40,000 nucleotides of DNA, from positions 1 to 40,000 of the forward strand of contig WQBJ01000024.1 in the NCBI GenBank assembly GCA_013032095.1, in the 5' to 3' direction. Below are positions 9,412 through 16,167 of this stretch, in pieces; positions within the stretch are counted from its first letter, which is position 1, and each line of letters opens with the position of its first letter. Source of the DNA: Ruegeria atlantica (GTDB lineage Bacteria > Pseudomonadota > Alphaproteobacteria > Rhodobacterales > Rhodobacteraceae). Position numbers and translations under genes: made by a program. A model generated the notes under the pieces. It made no database searches. It was not told the DNA's origin and was given only the letters and a program-made list of their open reading frames with translations.

Positions 9412-9516
9412 GGTATAGAGATATCCGCCAGAAAATAACTACTCACCTCAAAGGAGCCCGCACAGAGATGTGTGGGCTTTCTTTCTTGATCCAACCGTTG
9501 ATCGTGATCGACTGCT
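9412..9516. repeat. Left terminal inverted repeat (105 bp)
   Basis: Base-by-base comparison shows 9412..9516 equals the reverse complement of 20438..20542 with no mismatches (GGTATAGAGATATCCGCCAG...GATCGTGATCGACTGCT). Confidence 0.95.
9455..9487 (+). terminator. Inward-facing intrinsic terminator-like hairpin inside the left TIR
   Basis: AGCCCGCACA-GAGA-TGTGTGGGCT forms a 10-bp stem with one G-U pair and a GNRA loop. It is followed by TTCTTTCTT. Confidence 0.6.
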
Positions 9517-9543
9517 ATGAGCCCATACTGAACTCATCAGAGC

Positions 9544-10182
9544 TCAAATATCTGCAAGGTGGTCAAACTTTCGAATGAACGCTTCCTGCACGCTCTTATC
9601 TTGCGTTAAGAGCAATCCATACGACTTCAGATAGGCATTGATCGCGGTTTGTAGTGCATCTCGCCGAACAATTTTTTTCTTTGCGTCAACGGCAATGTTA
9701 CCTGAAGCCCATATCCTCCAACCATTTTTCGTGCGTGCCTCATGCAACAAAGCACATCGAACACTTTGATAGAATTCTCGCGATTCTAATTTGTCTGAAA
9801 AACATTCGCTGAACGGCTCCTCCCGAACGAGAAACTCACAAAATAGGGCGTTGCTACTTGAGTACTCATACTGGCCGAGTTTCTCGCCCTTTTTCAGGAA
9901 TTTGTAGCTTTTTCCGGCCTTCAGAGCTGCAAGGAACTCGATTAGAGCGCATTGAACAGAGACAATCGTGAATCCTTCACCTTGGACATCGCCATGGTCT
10001 TGGAGCACCTTTATCGGAGTTAGATAACGGTGACTGAGTCGAGCCATCAAAAAATCTTCAAAAGTCTTAGCCCAAAGGATTTCTTTTTCATTTTCATTTG
10101 CGTTTAGCTCGATCTTTCGCGCCTGCCAGTCTTTCACCGTGCGATGCCCGGCAATCTGGTCGCTTGCGTCGTCATTTGCCAT
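9544..10182 (-). CDS. Hypothetical 212-aa casposon cargo protein (possible HEPN-like R-x4-H motif)
   Basis: ATG at 10182 lies 69 bp downstream of the cas1 stop on the same strand, with GGAAG upstream. Sequence looks helical. R142-CALL-H147 is encoded at 9742..9759. No confident family assignment. Confidence 0.6.
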   Translation of the reverse strand: MANDDASDQIAGHRTVKDWQARKIELNANENEKEILWAKTFEDFLMARLSHRYLTPIKVLQDHGDVQGEGFTIVSVQCALIEFLAALKAGKSYKFLKKGEKLGQYEYSSSNALFCEFLVREEPFSECFSDKLESREFYQSVRCALLHEARTKNGWRIWASGNIAVDAKKKIVRRDALQTAINAYLKSYGLLLTQDKSVQEAFIRKFDHLADI

Positions 10183-10251
10183 CGTTTTTTACTTCCGTTC
10201 CAGCGCATTAACTTTCCCAAGTTGCTCTTAATAGATAGTTCACTTCAAGCA

Positions 10252-11421
10252 TCAAATCGGCAGGCCAAGCATTGTCGGCTGTGTCCGCATTCCAACCATA
10301 TGCCCGGCATAGGGGCGAGCGGAGTTTCGCAATTCAAACTCCACCTCATACACTACCTTCCTCGCCAAGTTTGGGCTTAGGCGACAAACGCCATCATCCT
10401 GCAAAATGAAATCCGCCCCCGTGAATATTTCGTCCTGGACCAGTTTCAACACAGCCCGGTCTACGATGGGGCGTAGTGGCTCCATCATGTCGAAGACGAA
10501 GGAGTGACGCCTTGGGTCTACACGGTTATGCAGAATCCCTTGTGACACGTCGTAACCATCGGCAATCACGCCGATCCTGACATGGGCTTCAAGCATGCGA
10601 TACGCGTAATTCAGCATCGCATTGACTGGATGAGTGGCATTATAGTTTTTTGGCTTGCCGGAACTTAACGTGGATCTGGAGAAGAAGCGCTTCCATTCGT
10701 GTTGGATTGGGTATCGTCCTTCAGCTCTCCAGTGGATTTTCAATGCTCTCCAGGAAAAGAAGTAGCCAGCTGCGACGCGTCCTTCCTCGGAGAGCAGGCC
10801 CCCGATACTCGACAGCACACCCTTTTGCAGCAATTCGATAACCGATTGAGTTGTATTGATCGCTTTGGTTTTCGAAGGGGAATCTGGTAGCAATTCAAGC
10901 AAGTTATGCAAAGTCGCTTCCGCCTTTGCTGAAATTAGAGGAATAGCGAAATCTAACCTTTTGCTTTCCTCGCTTTGGGTTTCGAATTGCCACATCAGCT
11001 TTTCCGGCAATACCGAGGACTTGCCGTTGCCGAGAGCAATGATAGGTTTTCCATTCCAATTCAATCGGATCAATTCGACGTTCTGCGTTGAAAGCCAATC
11101 CAATGCGTCCAGGGTTATATTGCCTGACCCGTCGATCAGGAAAATGCGCTTTGGTAAACCCAGATCTCCTTTGAAAAAGCGGTATTTGCGTATTTCAGAA
11201 GGGTAATGCGTATTTCCATCCTTTACCGCCAATGTGCCCTTTTCGACCGCAATCGAAATGCCGTGCCCCGACAAGATAAGGGGCGTGGCTTGTCTTTCCC
11301 GCCGCTTCCGCTTCGGGGTGTGTTGACGGATGGATTGAAGCCAATACTCTGATCTTACGGCCCATTCATCGTGGGTTTCTTCTAAATTTTCCAAATCGTA
11401 CATTATTCCAATCCAATTCAA
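10252..11421 (-). CDS. cas1: Cas1-family integrase (casposase)
   Basis: Cas1 hallmarks are present. N-terminal beta region LILSGHGISIAVEKGTLAVKDG and IFLIDGSGNITLDALDWLSTQNVELIRLNWNGKPI. Catalytic E in LSEEGRVAAGYFF (10783..10788). HPVNAMLNYAYRMLE. Catalytic H in GILHNRV (10528..10530). D/E in FDMMEPLRPIVD (10480..10491). An alternative start is the ATG at 11403. Confidence 0.9.
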   Translation of the reverse strand: MNWIGIMYDLENLEETHDEWAVRSEYWLQSIRQHTPKRKRRERQATPLILSGHGISIAVEKGTLAVKDGNTHYPSEIRKYRFFKGDLGLPKRIFLIDGSGNITLDALDWLSTQNVELIRLNWNGKPIIALGNGKSSVLPEKLMWQFETQSEESKRLDFAIPLISAKAEATLHNLLELLPDSPSKTKAINTTQSVIELLQKGVLSSIGGLLSEEGRVAAGYFFSWRALKIHWRAEGRYPIQHEWKRFFSRSTLSSGKPKNYNATHPVNAMLNYAYRMLEAHVRIGVIADGYDVSQGILHNRVDPRRHSFVFDMMEPLRPIVDRAVLKLVQDEIFTGADFILQDDGVCRLSPNLARKVVYEVEFELRNSARPYAGHMVGMRTQPTMLGLPI

Positions 11422-11647
11422 TGTTTTTGTTATTAATCATATCATTAGATTGAAATGACGAGCCTGTTTTCTTCGCCAAATAGGCGATTTTTTCCCGAGT
11501 TCTCCAAGAAATCCCAGATGGTTGACGGCGGCTAGATGGGTGCCAAAGTATCCTAACCCCCTGACTGATTCTTTTTGAGTCAACCCATTGCGAGAGTTTT
11601 GCGGGGGCTTTTCAGGTTCGTGAACATTCTCTTTCCTAAAGGGCGAC

Positions 11648-11669
11648 AGACCGGCCATCGCGCCGGTCT
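11648..11669. promoter_or_regulatory. Perfect 8-6-8 palindrome upstream of the HTH gene (operator candidate)
   Basis: AGACCGGC-CATCGC-GCCGGTCT lies 23 nt upstream of the ATG at 11692, within the divergent cas1 / HTH-HNH-polB intergenic region. Confidence 0.3.
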
Positions 11670-11691
11670 CAAACGTTTTAGGAGAGGCGCG

Positions 11692-12264
11692 ATGGCGAAA
11701 AAGCGCGACTACAAGGCAGAATACCAAAGGCGGATCGCCAATGGCCTGAAACGAGGACTATCCCGTTCCCAGGCACGTGGGCATCCATCCAAGGCGGAAG
11801 CGAGCGCATCCGGCATACAGGTTCCAAAGCCCAATGGTCAGCTTGAAGCTGCATTGCGAGAATTGAGACGCGGTGCCTCCCAGAAGGCTGCCGCGCAATC
11901 AGCCGGTGTCAGCCAAGAGCGTTTTCGCCGTTTTATCTACGGCCACGGCCTAGCCAGGCGAGAGGGACGATCCTGGGTTCTGACCGATGACCGGATGCGC
12001 CGCGTCACCACGATCCACCGGGGCGAAACCAAGACGGTGTGCGTCAATCGCTACGCAGAGGCGCAAACGGCGGGAGAGTATTCAGATGCTGTCGGTGTGT
12101 TTCTTCGTACCAACGATCCGTCCGTTTTGATCCCGTTTGTTGGGGGTGGTCTGACAGACCACAAAGGCCGCTTCCTCGAATTCGAGACGGACCCAAACGC
12201 TCTCTATCGTCACGCGTCCCAGGACACGCCCGCCTTTCACGAAATCTATCAAATCGTCAGCTAA
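11692..12264 (+). CDS. Helix-turn-helix DNA-binding protein (casposon-encoded)
   Basis: Track ORF was trimmed to the ATG at 11692, preceded by TAGGAGAGG. HTH-like segment GASQKAAAQSAGVSQERFRRFI. Basic N-terminus MAKKRDYKAEYQRRIANGLKRGLSRSQARG. Confidence 0.7.
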   Translation: MAKKRDYKAEYQRRIANGLKRGLSRSQARGHPSKAEASASGIQVPKPNGQLEAALRELRRGASQKAAAQSAGVSQERFRRFIYGHGLARREGRSWVLTDDRMRRVTTIHRGETKTVCVNRYAEAQTAGEYSDAVGVFLRTNDPSVLIPFVGGGLTDHKGRFLEFETDPNALYRHASQDTPAFHEIYQIVS

Positions 12265-12276
12265 AGGAGACACCTC

Positions 12277-12654
12277 ATGACAAAGACATACCAAGACCAG
12301 GAAACCCGCCGAGAAAAGGACTACCGCCGACTTCGGACGCGAAATCCAATCTGCGTTGGATGCGGCTATTCTGATCATCCAACTGCGCTGGAACTGGCCC
12401 ACATCATTCCGCGCAAGTTTGATGATGATGCCGTGGTGCTTTGCAGCAACTGCCACCGCGAACAGAGCGACGCCGAAAAGGATTTTTCCTACAGCCCGAC
12501 GACGGACAATCCGCAGATGGAAACCATCGGGCGGTATCTGTTGTCCGTCGCGGATATCCTGAAACTCGTTGCATCCAAATTCGAAGAGTTCGGGCATTGG
12601 CTGCTGGAACAGGCCGAACACGTTCTTCCGTATTGCCCGGAGGAAACGGCATGA
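12277..12654 (+). CDS. HNH endonuclease
   Basis: The pattern CVGCGYSDHPTALELAHIIPRKFDDDAVVLCSNCH matches the HNH/zinc-finger layout C-x2-C...H...N/C-x2-H. AAGGAG RBS is present. The stop overlaps the polB start as ATGA. Confidence 0.8.
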   Translation: MTKTYQDQETRREKDYRRLRTRNPICVGCGYSDHPTALELAHIIPRKFDDDAVVLCSNCHREQSDAEKDFSYSPTTDNPQMETIGRYLLSVADILKLVASKFEEFGHWLLEQAEHVLPYCPEETA

Positions 12655-15401
12655 GCCTACCATCGCCGTCTGAAGTCGCCGTGCGGGCCTACACCGAAAA
12701 ACCAAATGCCCGCCCCCTCGCGGCAAAGTCCTTTGCGGCAGGCGAGGATCACCCGTCACCGTGGACGCTGATCTTTGATTGCGAAACCACCATTGATGCC
12801 GCGCAAACCCTGCGCGTTGGCGTCTACCAAATGCGCAAGTCGGGTTCGTTGAAAGAAGAGGGCCTATTCTTCGATCCCGAACACCTCGGCTGCGAGGATC
12901 GCTCCGCGATTGAGGACTACGCGCAGTCGCACAAATTGAAGGTTCTCTCAGCTGATGCGTTTCGTAGAGAGGTTTTTCTCAAGATCGCCTACCTGAGACG
13001 GGGGGTGGTTGTGGGGTTCAATCTTCCCTTCGACCTGTCACGGATCGCGATCAAACACGGGGCTGCGCGCGGCCCAATGCGGGGCGGGTTCACCTTTCAT
13101 CTCAGCCGCTACAAGAGCGATCCGCAGATCCGCGTCAAGCACCTGAGCGCTCGCGCCGCGCTAATCGACTTTGCACAGCCTGCGAAGCAAGAAACACCGC
13201 GCGGTATGCGTAAGAAAGGGATGAAAGTTCCGCATCATCGCGGGTATTTTGTCGACGTCAAAACTTTGGCGGCGTCTCTGACCAGCCGAAGCTTCTCATT
13301 GGGCGGCCTGTGCAAGTATCTCGGAACGCAATCGCAAAAACTTGCAACCGAAGAGCATGGCGGGCCAATCACAGCCGACTATCTCGACTACGCGCGCGCA
13401 GATGTTCAGGCCACCTGGGAATGTTTTGCCGAACTTGACCGGAGATACAGCGAGCATGGCCTCGATACACCGACCCATCGCATTCTGAGCGAAGCCAGCA
13501 TTGGCAAAGCCTATCTCAAGCAGATGGGGATCCGACCCTTCCTGGGAAATTTGCCAGATTTTCCCCGAGAGATATTTGGCCAGATCACCTGTGCCTACTA
13601 CGGCGGGCGTGCCGAAGTTCGCATTCGGCGAGAGGCAACCCAAGTTCTCTATTGTGATTTCAAGTCCATGTATCCTACCGTCAGCGCCTTGATGGGGCTG
13701 TGGTCGTTTGTGGTCGCGCAAGACCTGAGCATCCATGACACAACGCGGGAAACCCAAGTATTCCTCGACAAGGTATCCTTGCAGGACATGCAGTCGAAAG
13801 AGACCTGGAAGCGTCTGCGCACCCTAGTCCGCATACAAACGAACCATGATCTGTTGCCTGTGCGGGCCAGGTATGACGGCAAGGTCAACACCATCGGCCT
13901 GAACTACGTCTCAAATGAGCAACCGCTCTGGTACACATTGGCCGATTGCATCGCATCAAAACTGTTGTCTGGGAAAACGCCGATCATCGAAGAGGCGATG
14001 ACCTTCGAACCGGGCGAGGTTCAGGACGGTTTCGAACCGATGAACCTGTTTGGAAATCCCAACTATCGCGTCGACCCTTCCTGTGACGACGTGTTCACCC
14101 GCTTCATTGATCTGCGCGATGCGGCACGGGCAAGAAAAGACCCTGTGCAGCAGGCCATCAAGATCGTCGCCAACTCAACGAGCTATGGCATCTTCATCGA
14201 AGTTAACCGGGACAATGCGCCCAAGCCGGAACCTTTGAGTGTGTATGGCCCGAACGGGCATCTGTTGAAAACCGACGCAACCGCTGTCGAAGAACCGGGT
14301 CGCTACTATCACCCGCTCTTGGGAACGCTGATCACCGGAGCCGCCCGCTTGATGCTGGCCTTGTCGGAACGCGTGGCAGCGGATCAATGGTTAAACTGGG
14401 TGTTCTGCGATACCGACAGCCTCGCTATGGCAAAGCCCGCGCATATGGAACAAACCGAGTTCCTGGCAAAGGGGCAAAGCGTGATCGACTGGTTCAATAG
14501 TCTCAACCCTTATCGAAAGCCGGGCTCCATTCTGGAAATGGAAGATGCAAATCATGATCCAAACACAGGACAGTCGGAGCCGCTCTATTGCCTGGCCATC
14601 TCGGCAAAGCGCTATGCGCTCTACAATCTCTCAAACGACGCCAAACCCGTATTGCGCAAAGCATCCGCGCACGGTCTTGGGCATTGGATGGCTCCCTACA
14701 GCGAATATGACGCACCAGGATGTGTGCCAAACCCCGCATTGTTGCCATCTGAGATAGGCGTCGACCGTTGGCAGCATGATTTGTGGATCAAGATAATCGA
14801 AGCCGTTCTACGCGGCACGCCCGATCAGGTCAGCCTGGACTATCATCCCGCCTTGCAAAATCCCTGCGTCAGTCGCTACGGCGCAACCAGCCCTCAACTG
14901 TTGAAGTGGGTTGAGATCTGGAACCAGGATCAGCCGTACCAAGACCAAATCAAGCCGTTTGGGTTTCTGAGCGCGTTCACCGCAAAGTCCGGGTGTTTAA
15001 TCGAACCAAGGCAAGATGTGATCGTGGGGACGCCTGGTCGTGGCAGGCCTACCAAGTCCAAGACGCCAAAGCCAATTGCCCCGTTTGAACGGGATAGCCG
15101 ATTGGCGGTTTCCCAGGCCTTCGACCGGATTGCCGGAGATCAAGTGCACCCTTCAGAACTCAAGACCTATGCCGAGGCCCTGGCACAATTCCATCTCAGC
15201 ACCGAAGACAAATTCGAGAACGGCGATTTTATCCACGTCGGCGAAACTCGAAGACGCCATGTCCAGGTAGAGAATGTCGGGCTTATCGGCAAAGAAGCCA
15301 ACAAGGTTGGATCATGCGGTGAGGCTGATCCCATCGTGTCGGCCCAAGCGAGCTTCGGAGCGCTTCAAACCATCAATCACCAAACGGAGGTCAGCCAATG
15401 A
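12651..15401 (+). CDS. polB: Family-B DNA polymerase
   Basis: Exo I: LIFDCETT (12777..12785). Exo II: GFNLPFDLSRI. Exo III: YLDYARADVQATW. Pol motif A: LYCDFKSMYPTV (D codon at 13656). Motif B: KIVANSTSYGIF. Motif C: VFCDTDSLAM (DTDS at 14410..14421). Track ORF was trimmed to the ATG at 12651 after GGAGGAAAC. Confidence 0.9.
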   Translation: MSLPSPSEVAVRAYTEKPNARPLAAKSFAAGEDHPSPWTLIFDCETTIDAAQTLRVGVYQMRKSGSLKEEGLFFDPEHLGCEDRSAIEDYAQSHKLKVLSADAFRREVFLKIAYLRRGVVVGFNLPFDLSRIAIKHGAARGPMRGGFTFHLSRYKSDPQIRVKHLSARAALIDFAQPAKQETPRGMRKKGMKVPHHRGYFVDVKTLAASLTSRSFSLGGLCKYLGTQSQKLATEEHGGPITADYLDYARADVQATWECFAELDRRYSEHGLDTPTHRILSEASIGKAYLKQMGIRPFLGNLPDFPREIFGQITCAYYGGRAEVRIRREATQVLYCDFKSMYPTVSALMGLWSFVVAQDLSIHDTTRETQVFLDKVSLQDMQSKETWKRLRTLVRIQTNHDLLPVRARYDGKVNTIGLNYVSNEQPLWYTLADCIASKLLSGKTPIIEEAMTFEPGEVQDGFEPMNLFGNPNYRVDPSCDDVFTRFIDLRDAARARKDPVQQAIKIVANSTSYGIFIEVNRDNAPKPEPLSVYGPNGHLLKTDATAVEEPGRYYHPLLGTLITGAARLMLALSERVAADQWLNWVFCDTDSLAMAKPAHMEQTEFLAKGQSVIDWFNSLNPYRKPGSILEMEDANHDPNTGQSEPLYCLAISAKRYALYNLSNDAKPVLRKASAHGLGHWMAPYSEYDAPGCVPNPALLPSEIGVDRWQHDLWIKIIEAVLRGTPDQVSLDYHPALQNPCVSRYGATSPQLLKWVEIWNQDQPYQDQIKPFGFLSAFTAKSGCLIEPRQDVIVGTPGRGRPTKSKTPKPIAPFERDSRLAVSQAFDRIAGDQVHPSELKTYAEALAQFHLSTEDKFENGDFIHVGETRRRHVQVENVGLIGKEANKVGSCGEADPIVSAQASFGALQTINHQTEVSQ

Positions 15402-15739
15402 GCTGGGAGCACATCGAATACCCCGCATTTTGCCGAGATTGCGGGCACAAGGGCAGCCGCATCTATTCGGAAAACGACTGGTTCCGGACCAATGTCACTT
15501 GGATTGGATTTGAATTTGCCGAAGTTCGAACAAAGAAAGTCCACTCAGGGACAGTTTCCTGCCCCGAATGCGGCTCTAGCTCAATACATGTAGAAAAAGA
15601 GAAAGGAGCATACGTCAAGCGTGATCAATTTTGGGATGATAGGACAACCGGAGTAATGGGAGAGGACGAATTGTGTAAATTCACTACCAGCGAGCCCATC
15701 GGCAGCAATGCGCAGAAAGCGACCTTTGCAAAATTATAG
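15398..15739 (+). CDS. Zinc-ribbon protein (hypothetical)
   Basis: Two C-x2-C pairs (CRDCGHKG ... CPECGSSS). The ATG overlaps the polB stop as ATGA, suggesting translational coupling. Confidence 0.6.
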   Translation: MSWEHIEYPAFCRDCGHKGSRIYSENDWFRTNVTWIGFEFAEVRTKKVHSGTVSCPECGSSSIHVEKEKGAYVKRDQFWDDRTTGVMGEDELCKFTTSEPIGSNAQKATFAKL

Positions 15740-16112
15740 GGACGGCCCACAGCCGTCGTCAGCTGGTTCCGGGAACGCTTAATCGCAGTTTTCCCGGAGC
15801 GGACGTTGGTCAAATTTGCAGCATCCTTCGAGTCGAGACGGCAGCACCGCGCAAAAAAGTAACCAATTGGCGGGCTGATTAGCCCAAAGTGGTCGTTTTT
15901 TCACGTCGCAATCTAAGGGCAACTCATCGTGGCAAACAGTGGGTGTGCAGCGGAAGGGAAAATCGGCGAAAGAACCTTCGCTCTGTTGGAGGGGCTTCAA
16001 GGGAAGCTTATTAAACAAGATTCTCTTCGATATGTTTTTTCTGAAACGCGCCGAGGATGAAGCCCTAAAATTTTGATATTTATAGAATTAACGACTTTCA
16101 AACCTTGGCGGC

Positions 16113-16141
16113 TTGAAAAGTGTATTGCGTAACGCTACAGT
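16113..16141 (+). promoter_or_regulatory. Sigma-70-like promoter candidate for the large cargo gene
   Basis: TTGAAA, a 17-nt spacer, then TACAGT. It lies about 27 nt upstream of the ATG at 16168 in an AT-rich 430-bp intergenic region. Confidence 0.35.
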
Positions 16142-16167
16142 ATACGAAAGAATTTGTTGAGGTCTTC

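Noticed and set aside
9384-9494. Two track ORFs (8379..9494 minus and 20388..20681 plus) share the peptide DQERKPTHLCAGSFEVSSYFLADISIPP, which suggests paralogous genes.
   Set aside because: The shared peptide is simply the translation of the two TIR copies read inward-to-outward. Neither ORF has other coding support, and one is antisense to a real gene.
10252-11421. Cas1 could be part of a CRISPR-Cas adaptation module.
   Set aside because: I saw no cas2 or other cas genes and no array of short direct repeats with spacers anywhere in the 40 kb. Cas1 sits inside a TIR-bounded element next to PolB.
11437-11727. Small ORFs in intergenic regions of the element (11437..11727 minus and 15779..16018 minus) and near the tRNA (166..387 minus).
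   Set aside because: They have no RBS, no motifs and implausible composition. They also overlap probable promoter or regulatory regions or better-supported genes.
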